Origin: Bdellovibrionota bacterium
Lineage (GTDB): Bacteria; Bdellovibrionota_C; UBA2361; JBGSMV01
Length of the DNA: 20,242 nucleotides
NCBI GenBank assembly: GCA_044356455.1
Contig: JBIKWF010000080.1
Location: forward strand, 1-20,242
Direction of reading: 5' to 3'
A program made the translations under genes and the position numbers. This document shows, piece by piece, positions 7,976-16,492 of this stretch; position 1 is the stretch's first letter, and each line of letters starts with the position of its first letter. Below the pieces are notes generated by a model, which had not been told where the DNA came from, did not search any database, and saw nothing but the letters and a program-made list of their open reading frames with translations.

Positions 7976-9733
7976 TCAGGAGCTCGCAAAGTCCAAAATG
8001 CGCACCCCCGGAGTTCCCTCCAGCCCGCTCTCCCGAGTTGTCTCAACCGGCAATCCGTGGGCGAGGGCGGCTAGTAGTATTGCCGGCCGATCTTCGACAA
8101 TAGTAGGCGAAAGCACTTTTGCGGCGCGCGCAAAACCTTGACTGTTCGTATCCACCACTTCAACGGGAAGGTCGGACCAGAATTCTCTCTCTTTCCGATT
8201 CCGCGCGAGCACGATCAGGGACTCGGCACCTACTTCGGCAAGTACTCGAATAATTGCCACGCCCTTACGGGCGTGTGGAGGAGACGGGAAAAAGGCTAAC
8301 GGCTTCGGTTCATCAGATTCTTGTGCCTGGTTCCTCGGCTTTGTGCTGGGGTCTGAGCTCCCATGTCGCAGCACTGGCACAACCCAGTCTAGCTTCTGCG
8401 CTCGTTCGCCATAGAGCGCGGCGAGATCGGCATGCGGAGTAACAATTCTCTCAGCACTTGCTAAAGCCTCTTCCTCTAACTCAACCAGAGCCTGAGGCGC
8501 CCGAAAGTCGCGCAACTCTTGAAAATTTGGCGAACGCGCCGCGGCTCGGTCGAGCAGTTTGTGCAAGGTTCTCATAGGATAGCGAGTCATAAGAACCTGA
8601 AATTTTCGCGCGCCCAGGAATCCACTCTTCCAAAGCCACGGCAGATAGGCCTGTGACACCACTAATTCGTCGCAAACCCAAGGCACCTGCTTGGCAAGCG
8701 CATTCGCGATCAAGGATTCATGCCGAAGGTTTGCCTCTCGTAACTTGGGCGCAGAATAGTGCGGCCAAGCCGATAGCCTTACCGCAAGACTACGGGTAAG
8801 TGATTGCAAAGGTGCCGTGATAACGCCTCGCCGAACACTGGCGGGAAGCATGCCACGCCAAGCATCAGGAATGGAGAAAATGTCATTTGTGCGAGCATGT
8901 TGTTCAATATATTTGAAATACTCGGGCCAGAGAGTGTCAACGATGAACGCTCGCTTAGACGGCTTAATCGCGGTGAGCGTCGATCTGAGCTTTACCGCCA
9001 GCTTTGAGTTATGGGTCGAGCACTCGTGCTGCTCACAGGTCATGCAGCTGTGGTCTGACTCTTCGAGAAGTACTCTCAGACCACTACCACGTATAGCTTC
9101 AGAGGATTCAGCGATTGGGCTGCTCGGCGGGACTAGAAACTTAACAATCAGGTCTTTCTCAGACAGATGAACCGAGAACACTATCGCAGTATGGTGAGAG
9201 AATCTGAGGTCAATATAGTTCCAGAAAATGGTGGCGTCCCTATTCTGCTCAGCAAGTGAACCGGGAATCACACGCGAGTGCGCATGACGCTCGACAATAG
9301 TTGCTTGAACCTTCAATGCGCAGTCATATAATGCGTTTGAGAGTTGGCATAAGCCGCCGCCAATAGAGGGAACTAGGCACCCTTCGCGAAGCTCTCTTCC
9401 GGGCACAAAACCGTTACGTCCGGAGGGTACTCCAAGCTGTTTCCAAAAACTAAAGATGGTGTGAGCGGGAAGCAGTCGCCTGTCTAGTTTCTGGGCAGCG
9501 ATGCGAAGATTTTGGGCCTTCCCTAACTCCAGAGCTCGCTCTGCTAGGTCTTCAGCCCGGTATATTGGAGTTATTGACTCGGCTGCTGTCACGAGAGGGC
9601 CTTGCTCCTCGTTAAGGCCAAGTTTTGGTATGTCTCGGAAAAATTCAAGGGAGAACCGCTTCAACTGTAGGCGGCGCACTCGCAGCGGCCAGAGAGCCCG
9701 GGTGATCAATCCTCTGCTGGGGTGGTCATGCAT
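7976..9733 (-). CDS. VanW-family protein with a C-terminal glycosyltransferase-like region
   Basis: FSFWKQLG, GGGLCQLSNALY, IVERHAHS and DATIFWNYIDLRF are VanW motifs, followed by CxxCxxxxCxxH. The tail RKG...P.IVEDRPAILLAALAHGLPV.TT is GT-B-like. Start 9733 or 9763. Confidence 0.88.
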   Translation of the reverse strand: MHDHPSRGLITRALWPLRVRRLQLKRFSLEFFRDIPKLGLNEEQGPLVTAAESITPIYRAEDLAERALELGKAQNLRIAAQKLDRRLLPAHTIFSFWKQLGVPSGRNGFVPGRELREGCLVPSIGGGLCQLSNALYDCALKVQATIVERHAHSRVIPGSLAEQNRDATIFWNYIDLRFSHHTAIVFSVHLSEKDLIVKFLVPPSSPIAESSEAIRGSGLRVLLEESDHSCMTCEQHECSTHNSKLAVKLRSTLTAIKPSKRAFIVDTLWPEYFKYIEQHARTNDIFSIPDAWRGMLPASVRRGVITAPLQSLTRSLAVRLSAWPHYSAPKLREANLRHESLIANALAKQVPWVCDELVVSQAYLPWLWKSGFLGARKFQVLMTRYPMRTLHKLLDRAAARSPNFQELRDFRAPQALVELEEEALASAERIVTPHADLAALYGERAQKLDWVVPVLRHGSSDPSTKPRNQAQESDEPKPLAFFPSPPHARKGVAIIRVLAEVGAESLIVLARNRKEREFWSDLPVEVVDTNSQGFARAAKVLSPTIVEDRPAILLAALAHGLPVETTRESGLEGTPGVRILDFASS

Positions 9734-9999
9734 ACGGAGACAAATCGCCCCTTTTCTACTCAAGCTTAATAACGAGTTGAGGCCAGCAATAGCGCGAGAT
9801 TCTGCTAGGCCACGCCAATAGTCGCATGTACTCTACGAGTCCCCGAGCTCGCAGATGGCGCCTTCTAAGCCTCTCAAAGCACTCGCCCTCTTTAATCTGC
9901 TTCATTCCCGGTCTCATTCCTTCGGTAACCGGAATTATGACTCATCGAATACCTTCTCCTCGCTTTTTCAGATACTCAGGGAAGCTCTGAAAAAACCTG

Positions 10000-10072
10000 C
10001 TCTGTGAACTCTGTGCCCTCTGTGGTTGATTTAACTTGTTGAAAAACCACAGAGGGCACAGAGATCACAGAG
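10000..10072. repeat. Long inverted repeat built from CTCTGTG units (REP/REPIN-like)
   Basis: Arms 10000-10027 and 10045-10072 are complementary at 27/28 positions, with a 17-nt AT-rich spacer. Confidence 0.92.
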
Positions 10073-10273
10073 AGGAAGAATAAAATATAAAGGTTTCTCA
10101 GAGGCTTCTTAGAATATCTGTTCAGTAACATTATAATTGGCTCATATCGATAAGAATATTCTGCCTCCCTGCTTGCCATCTCTTCCCAACAATCCGCAAT
10201 AACACTGAAAGAGTTCACAGCTGGATTGGATATCGCATCTTCGTGCCCACATGCCCGAAGCGATAAGGAACAG

Positions 10274-11275
10274 ATGATTACAAAGCTCCCCCCAAACCCC
10301 TCCAAGACCGGTCCCTCCGCCGACCGCCCCACTCTTTCTGGCGAACGAGAAGACCTAAGAAAGGAACTATCCCCAGAACCCATCGCAGGCAAAGGGAAAT
10401 TTGGGACAGAAGGCACCAGCGACTTAGCCAGCACGAAGGAAATAGATAAAGCCCTGAAAGATCTCGCCACCGCTCTCCGCTCGGGCCAAGCTCCCGGCAT
10501 CGAGAAAGCCTATCTTGAATTTACTTCTGCGCTCGAAAAACTTGGCGCTGCAAATGGATGGGATAAGGGTGAGCTCACCTCTTCTTTTAAGTCAATCTTT
10601 CTCGCATCCAAACTGGCGACAGAGCCCCTGACAGTACTTAGCAAGCTTCTTGAGCATCCCGCCTCTCTTACTGACCAACAACTTGCCACTGCCGCTCCGC
10701 TCGCATTGGCTGAAATTGAGAAATTGCGGCCTGGGCTTAATGGGGTACGCATACACTCACTTGGTTTGAATTTCCGATTCATTCAAGACATGATGACCAT
10801 GCAGGACGGAGATCCCGGATTGGATGGGAAAAACGTCTGTGGTCCTATCGCCATCTATTATCTGCTCGCCGAGAAAGGAGTGTTCGGCTCACCCGTCGAC
10901 AAGCAGGCGGCAGCGGCAAATGGCGAGAAGATCCTTCGTGCCGCAGCGCCAGGGGTGGCCGGAACCCACCCAGACAATCTTGCCCGTGCCGTCGAAAAGT
11001 GTACTGACGGGAAGAACACTCTTAAGCAGCACCAATTTGATAACGCGAAAGATACTCTCACATTCACGGCCGCACATGTACCCTGCATCATTAAGTTTGG
11101 TAGCTCGCTCCTTAGTCAGCATTACGACACCATCATTTCGGTTAAGACCGAGCCGGGACGGGGGACCTTTTATGGCACCGCAAGCGGATTGTTGATCTCA
11201 GAGAGTATGCTTCTCAAAATGGTTGACCAGCGCCCTTACGCGTGCCGGGTTTGGACCTTGGAGAAAAAGCAGTGA
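10274..11275 (+). CDS. Hypothetical protein with a C-terminal C39-like cysteine peptidase domain
   Basis: AAGGA RBS before ATG 10274. NVCGPIAIYYLL, GTHPDNLARAV, PCIIKF and QHY follow the C39-like CGP..GT...L..P.I..HY pattern. Confidence 0.7.
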   Translation: MITKLPPNPSKTGPSADRPTLSGEREDLRKELSPEPIAGKGKFGTEGTSDLASTKEIDKALKDLATALRSGQAPGIEKAYLEFTSALEKLGAANGWDKGELTSSFKSIFLASKLATEPLTVLSKLLEHPASLTDQQLATAAPLALAEIEKLRPGLNGVRIHSLGLNFRFIQDMMTMQDGDPGLDGKNVCGPIAIYYLLAEKGVFGSPVDKQAAAANGEKILRAAAPGVAGTHPDNLARAVEKCTDGKNTLKQHQFDNAKDTLTFTAAHVPCIIKFGSSLLSQHYDTIISVKTEPGRGTFYGTASGLLISESMLLKMVDQRPYACRVWTLEKKQ

Positions 11276-11283
11276 AACAGCCG

Positions 11284-11306
11284 CGCCGAAGCCTATGGCG
11301 AAGGCG
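11284..11306. repeat. Short palindromic element CGCC-GAA-GCC-TAT-GGC-GAA-GGCG
   Basis: Nested hairpin with a symmetric GAA/GAA internal loop, 8 bp after the stop at 11275. Confidence 0.6.
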
Positions 11307-11482
11307 GGCAAGGCTAATTTTCATCATCTCCCCGTTCTCTGTTCGCCAAGGCAGAGTGCCCGAACTACGAGCAGCCCCCCGTCGCGCACCCTATGCGCAC
11401 GTAACGATACACTCGCTTAGGTCGCGATTTCGCTAACGCCGTACATACTCGGAGTCTGTAACACAAACGTAAAAATTTCTTG

Positions 11483-11509
11483 GTAGGGCGCCCTGTCCTC
11501 AGGGTGCCG
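11483..11509 (+). repeat. GTAG-family REP-like element
   Basis: GTAG followed by stem GGCGCCCTG / CAGGGTGCC (one G-T pair) with loop TCCT. Single copy in the window. Confidence 0.65.
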
Positions 11510-11666
11510 CAAGACCTCACAGCCCAGAACGCGCTCCACCTTCTTTGCCAATAAAGAAATCCTCGCGCTACTTATAAATAAAGCGCGCTATCCAAGACGC
11601 ACGATAACTCCTCCCTTAATCTGATACATCTCCTCAAGCCGTCTTATCTCACGGGATACCCATGGT

Positions 11667-12518
11667 TTAGAGCTGAACCTTCAATCCCTGCTCAGCCACA
11701 ATTTGAGAAATCCGCTGCAGCGCTTTCTGCGGCGTTTCGTAGTTCTGCAAATCATCGGAATCAGGGAATGGAATGAGAACCGCGCCTCCCTCAAGTGCCC
11801 CCTCCCCCGTGAAAGCGTTCGGGGGTGGATTCGAGGGTTTTCCATAACCAGAGTCGCTACGAAACCCGTAGCGGTCACGAACGTCACGAGGCTGCTGCTC
11901 ATTGAAGCGAAAGACGCAGCGCCTGAGTACCGCGGGGTGACCAAGCCAATAGGCAAGGCGCGCGGGATCGATATATTCACCCGGCTGATTAATTTCTATC
12001 ATCGTCTCGTGGAAGGTACTTCCACTTTCGCTTGGAGTAACCCACTCCGCAATTCTGAGTGAAACTCCGTAGGCACCTGCTTGCAGAGAATAGACGAGCG
12101 AAGCAATTGCCATTCCCCGATTAAGAAGTAGGCGTGCATCCGCGGAGCAGCGAGCACTGATATTTACCACAAGCGCAAGATTTCTTACGGCGGGCGGTTC
12201 CATGGTGATCATACATTCTGGCTCGCCCGCCAAATAGGCCCCTACATCGACACTCTCTCCCGTCACATCGTATCCAAAAGAGAAGCCCGCAGGAGCGAGA
12301 TCGCGAATCTGGACCATCATGCGCTCAAGCTCTTCTGCCCTCTCCCTCCAGCCGTCACGAGCGAGCGCAACAGCAGCGCCGAAGTTCGTATTGAGATCCC
12401 AGCTCGTGCTTTCATAGTGATCGCATGAGGACTTGGGCCCAGGTGGAGCGGCCTCGGGCGCAAGGCGTCTAAGAGCCTCAGCCAGGGTCATTCGGTCGCG
12501 GGACGTTACTTCACTCAT
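11667..12518 (-). CDS. VWA-like (CobT-like) partner of the AAA+ ATPase
   Basis: ATG 12518 overlaps the ATPase TGA (ATGA). YDVTGESVDVGAYLAGEPECM precedes a beta strand with a degenerate MIDAS (LVVNISARCS); later LAYWLGHPAVLRR. Confidence 0.7.
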   Translation of the reverse strand: MSEVTSRDRMTLAEALRRLAPEAAPPGPKSSCDHYESTSWDLNTNFGAAVALARDGWRERAEELERMMVQIRDLAPAGFSFGYDVTGESVDVGAYLAGEPECMITMEPPAVRNLALVVNISARCSADARLLLNRGMAIASLVYSLQAGAYGVSLRIAEWVTPSESGSTFHETMIEINQPGEYIDPARLAYWLGHPAVLRRCVFRFNEQQPRDVRDRYGFRSDSGYGKPSNPPPNAFTGEGALEGGAVLIPFPDSDDLQNYETPQKALQRISQIVAEQGLKVQL

Positions 12519-13546
12519 GATTGGCGCACCCCCGGAAGAGAGCGCTGGATCTTCTCCCTGTCTTCCTTGGACATGCCGCGCCAAATACAGCAGTCCTCAA
12601 TCCACTTCTTACCAAACCCCGCTTGATGCATAGCATAAGCATGAATAGTAGAGCGCGGGCTTACCGAGTGACGCATACGCTCACGCTCGACAATGCCGCG
12701 AATGGTTACGACTCTCTGCAAGATTTCGCGTTCATCTGCAAAACGACCACCGTCAAGCAGTTCGAGCGGTGGGCTCATTACATCCGGGATGCCTATCAGG
12801 GAAGCCTCTAGCCCACCGTCAATCGGAATATGCACGTATACGAACCGATCGAGGGTTGCAGCGTCGAGCCGGCTTCTTCCGGTATAGCGGTCATCTGCAC
12901 CAAGGCCGTAGGTGTTCATGATAAACACGCCTCTAAAATCAGCGTGAGCCTTCAGCGTCTCTCCATTAGGAAACGTGAGCACACGATTTGAGATAGCCGC
13001 ATTAAGCACCGTCGCAATCGCAGGATTTGCCGCGTCAAATTCATCTGCGATGTAGAGCAATCCGCTCTTAAAGGCTTTGTAAAAAGAGCTTTCAACATAG
13101 CGCCCTCCCGCATCAACAAAGCCAAGTAAATCGCTCTTGGTGGTCGTGGGATTGAAGGGCTGGAGGACAAATTCTTGGCCTAGGGCTTCTGCTGCATTAA
13201 TTGCCATGCGCGTTTTCCCCGTTCCCGTAGGGCCGACTAAGGCAACATTAAGCGGCGTGCCAGAACGGTCGCGAGCATGAAGCAGGCGAAGTACTCCTGG
13301 AAATTGGAAGTGCTGCCGGGGGAGTGTAATGCCAGGTTCGCCATTCAAGCTTATTTCAATTTTCTGAAAAGGGAGCGCCTCAAGGGCTGATTTGGCCGCA
13401 TCCAGCACCGCGTTTTTCCCCGCCTCACGGAAAGAGGGAAGTTCTCCGTCAAATAACTCTCTCAGCATCGGACCAAAAACGGTTCGCATTGCGGTGTCTT
13501 TGGTGTCATTCCTAGGGTCGGCATCAGCAACAGCAGTTTGGGTCAT
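12515..13546 (-). CDS. AAA+ ATPase of the MoxR/CbbQ/CobS-like group
   Basis: Walker A GPTGTGKT, Walker B YIADEFD, sensor MNT and arginine finger LDAATLDRF. AGGAG RBS before ATG 13546. Confidence 0.9.
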   Translation of the reverse strand: MTQTAVADADPRNDTKDTAMRTVFGPMLRELFDGELPSFREAGKNAVLDAAKSALEALPFQKIEISLNGEPGITLPRQHFQFPGVLRLLHARDRSGTPLNVALVGPTGTGKTRMAINAAEALGQEFVLQPFNPTTTKSDLLGFVDAGGRYVESSFYKAFKSGLLYIADEFDAANPAIATVLNAAISNRVLTFPNGETLKAHADFRGVFIMNTYGLGADDRYTGRSRLDAATLDRFVYVHIPIDGGLEASLIGIPDVMSPPLELLDGGRFADEREILQRVVTIRGIVERERMRHSVSPRSTIHAYAMHQAGFGKKWIEDCCIWRGMSKEDREKIQRSLPGVRQS

Positions 13547-13724
13547 AGCGGAATGTCTCCTAAATCGGCTTTTACCTGGGCACCTTCCCCACATCAGTGG
13601 CAAGGGCCAGTTCCGATAATTAGCACTCACGGCAATTCCAACCGCGCCTTGCAAAACAAGCATTTCACAAGTTGCAGAAACCACTTCGTAGTTTTACCCT
13701 GAAGAGAGATACTGCCGGCCGCTC

Positions 13725-14741
13725 ATGAAAAAAAATTGTCTTTTCGTCCTCATCGTATGGCTTGTTACAGGCGCAGCTAATGCGTGGCTTCTCCGCGAAT
13801 CTTCGGTAACGGAACAATGGTGGGTACCTATAGGCCTTGGGTTTGGCACCGCGGTAATCTATGCAAACCTCACGAGCCTATTGCTCGCATTCCAACAATG
13901 GAGAGCCTCTTCACATTCTCCGAGTGAATGGAGAGACGGACAACTTGTCGGTGTAAGCGGGCGCATTCAACCTCTTCGCGCGCCGCTTGAGGGACCTTTT
14001 TCCGGAAAACGCATCGTACTTGCCGAATATGAGGTCAAGCGCAGCTCGTCTGGCGATGAAGGAGGCGCGGCAATTCCCTTTATGGGCTTTGTGATGACTC
14101 CCTGCAGCGTCTCAACCACGCGAGGCCCGGTGCGTCTCCTGGGCTTCCCACTGCTTGTAAACTTCCCAAGCACGAAACTTGACCAGGGGAAGGCGATTCC
14201 CCGTGCGGCTCGGTTCCTGCGCTCATGTCAGTTTAAGGAAAAGCCCAAGAATCCCCTCTCCGTGCTGAAAGAAATATCTATGGTGCTTTCGGATGAAGAC
14301 GGCGATGTCGCAGCCCATTTCTCCGACTCGAAATACGCCACCTCGATACTTGCTCCCTCGGATAGTATTGAATTTGAAGAAACGGAAGCAGACCAATCTG
14401 AAGATGAGAATAACGCCCCGCCTGAACCAGTGCGCGCTTCTGTAGAAGAAATCGCGGAAAAGCTCTCTGCGAGGTTTTCCCTCGATGAGAAAAGTATCGA
14501 GTCCGGCGCAGAAGTTGCCGTGTTTGGAACTTACAATCAAGCAAAAAAAGCTATTGATATAGGGTCTGGCATCTCGAACCTTTCGCATCAAATTCAGCTT
14601 GGGAGCATTGGCTCCTTAGTGGCGAAGAACTTTCGAAGCGCCCTTTTGGCTCTCATATTCTGGGGAGCACTCACAGGCTACGGATATTACCAGGTCTGGG
14701 GTGAAGCGGGATTGCTCACGAAACTACAAGCCTTGCTTTAA
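13725..14741 (+). CDS. Membrane protein (two N-terminal and one C-terminal TM segments) with a soluble central domain, possibly GIDE-like
   Basis: Hydrophobic segments at both ends. V.VSGRI.P...PL.GPFSG...V..EYEV is reminiscent of GIDE-type domains (weak). Confidence 0.75.
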   Translation: MKKNCLFVLIVWLVTGAANAWLLRESSVTEQWWVPIGLGFGTAVIYANLTSLLLAFQQWRASSHSPSEWRDGQLVGVSGRIQPLRAPLEGPFSGKRIVLAEYEVKRSSSGDEGGAAIPFMGFVMTPCSVSTTRGPVRLLGFPLLVNFPSTKLDQGKAIPRAARFLRSCQFKEKPKNPLSVLKEISMVLSDEDGDVAAHFSDSKYATSILAPSDSIEFEETEADQSEDENNAPPEPVRASVEEIAEKLSARFSLDEKSIESGAEVAVFGTYNQAKKAIDIGSGISNLSHQIQLGSIGSLVAKNFRSALLALIFWGALTGYGYYQVWGEAGLLTKLQALL

Positions 14742-14765
14742 GCCCGCAGGAGTACCTTATAGGGT

Positions 14766-14805
14766 AAAAAGGGAAAGCCCGGATGACATGAAGTCACCCG
14801 GGCTT
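14766..14805 (-). terminator. Intrinsic terminator for the htpX-membrane protein operon
   Basis: The minus strand reads AAGCCCGGGTGAC-TTCAT-GTCATCCGGGCTT then TCCCTTTTT. It lies between convergent genes. Confidence 0.8.
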
Positions 14806-14846
14806 GGACGGGAGTCGAAACCTTCGGACGAACCCGAAAGGGAGGG

Positions 14847-16457
14847 TTATTTGGGGGCCTGCTCAAGTCGGCGCAGCCTCTCAAGAACATGCTCAAGATC
14901 CTTGCGGATTTCCTTGAGCTCTTCGTTGCTTGAAGAGGTGCCTGGAGTAGAAGGCACTGTTTCAATTACAGCGCCACTCACCCAGGCATCGAACTCATTT
15001 CGCGTCTTGAGCTCAACTACGCGCTCTGAAGCCGCATTGACCACCACAGTCGAGACGACGTCAGCCATCTGACGCGTCGTAATCGAGAAGACCCAGTAGG
15101 GGCTCCCCTCGTGCGCCACAAAGCGTGGCTCCACGATGCGATGAGTACCCGAAGAGCTCTGGCCATGCTCCTCGAACCAGACGTAGCCAAGACTCTTGAC
15201 CAGTTCGGCGGCACGGACGGGACCGATAAGCGCCCCGCCGCGACCTGACTCATCTCCGTACTGGAAGTAGGAGAACTCGCCAGTGTTCTTGTTGACGAAG
15301 AAGAGCTTGTAGAGCGAGTGGTTCTCTCCATCTGGCTCAGTAGCAATGACGTCGTAGAAACTTCCGTCTTTGCCCTTCACCCGAAGAGGCCACTGCCTTC
15401 CCGCCGGCAAGTTTGGCACCTCAATCTTGTCGTCCCGGCGGATGAGTCCGCTGAGCCAACCCTGATCGAAGCGCTGCGCCTCGACGATGAGACGCGTCAA
15501 GTCTGAGGGGAACAGAATCTTCCCCTTCAGTCGAGGGTCGAACTTCGCTGCGTCCACAGTCAGGTGCTCAAGCGTGCCGCTTGCAAAGACCAGAGTCACA
15601 CCGGACCAATAACGCACGAAGACTCCCGGGAACTCGAAGCGGTGCTTAATTTGAGGAGCAACCGCCACGTAGCCTTGCTGCTCCTGCCCCACGAGGGTCA
15701 AGTAGTAGATGTCGGGGTAGTAGCAGAACGGATCTGCCGAGTAGAGCAAGCGATAGATGTTGTCGAAGACATACATCTCCTCTCCGTAGGTGTAGCGCTG
15801 CTCCTCAACAACAACCCGCTCTTCCTGGCGAATCCCAGGCCGATCATCGTAGGTCACGAACCCATAGTTCTGGGCCGTGAAGTGCTGAACCATTCCGCTC
15901 GGAGTGAGCGGGGTACGGTAGCCGATGCCTGACGCGACGTCGACTGCATCGGTATCCTCGTCGAGGGCGGTAAAGCTTGCCATCGACACGTGGTTTCTCA
16001 TTTTATTGTTGGCAATCCCTTTCGGGGTGAAGTAGGTCCCCGTCGGATCCACCTCCAACATCGCCTGGCGCTGCTCAGGACGGTAAGCCAGTGCAGTCCG
16101 AAGGGACTGCTGAGTCCCCAAGAACCAGATGCCGCCAGCCGCCACCGCCACTCCCAACACACCATAGATCCCTGCAAGAGCCTTTCTGTCGTCTGCAAGG
16201 AACTTCAAAGCTGGAAGCAGAATGCCGCAGCCGATGAGGAGCGGCACGCTAAGTCCCAGATTCAGAATCAGCCCCATGTAGACAACCTCATGGAACATCC
16301 AGGGCGCTGCGAAGCGCATGGTGATGACGAGCCCGAAGATGAGGACCAGGTTGGTCGCAAGGACCTTCCCAAAACCCTTCTTCTGGCGGAAAAGAGACCA
16401 CGCCGTGGAGACCACGAAGGCCAACACGGCAACCACATAAAGCACGCCAAGATACAT
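14847..16457 (-). CDS. Hypothetical membrane protein: four N-terminal TM helices, large beta-rich domain, C-terminal coiled coil
   Basis: AAGGAG RBS, hydrophobic N-terminal ~115 aa, and tail NEELKEIRKDLEHVLERLRRLEQ. Confidence 0.85.
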   Translation of the reverse strand: MYLGVLYVVAVLAFVVSTAWSLFRQKKGFGKVLATNLVLIFGLVITMRFAAPWMFHEVVYMGLILNLGLSVPLLIGCGILLPALKFLADDRKALAGIYGVLGVAVAAGGIWFLGTQQSLRTALAYRPEQRQAMLEVDPTGTYFTPKGIANNKMRNHVSMASFTALDEDTDAVDVASGIGYRTPLTPSGMVQHFTAQNYGFVTYDDRPGIRQEERVVVEEQRYTYGEEMYVFDNIYRLLYSADPFCYYPDIYYLTLVGQEQQGYVAVAPQIKHRFEFPGVFVRYWSGVTLVFASGTLEHLTVDAAKFDPRLKGKILFPSDLTRLIVEAQRFDQGWLSGLIRRDDKIEVPNLPAGRQWPLRVKGKDGSFYDVIATEPDGENHSLYKLFFVNKNTGEFSYFQYGDESGRGGALIGPVRAAELVKSLGYVWFEEHGQSSSGTHRIVEPRFVAHEGSPYWVFSITTRQMADVVSTVVVNAASERVVELKTRNEFDAWVSGAVIETVPSTPGTSSSNEELKEIRKDLEHVLERLRRLEQAPK

Positions 16458-16492
16458 GTGAACTCCTTAGGCCTGGGGCCCAAAGTGCGGAA

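Noticed and set aside
10000..10072. CRISPR array or simple terminator
   Set aside because: The repeats are inverted 7-mers without spacers, there is no U-tract, and the site is between divergent genes.
9976..10500. 174-aa minus-strand ORF
   Set aside because: Antisense to the C39-like gene; its tail is just the translated palindrome.
11340..11460. Possible ncRNA or group II intron domain V
   Set aside because: No catalytic-triad hairpin or recognisable RNA family motif.
11667..13546. Calling the pair cobS/cobT of cobalamin synthesis, or a prophage
   Set aside because: No cob genes and no phage structural or integrase genes in the window.
13594..13620. Sigma-28-like promoter (TCAG..CCGATAAT); similar weak matches near 5362 and 3410
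   Set aside because: Poor -35 and spacing; not supportable without TSS data.
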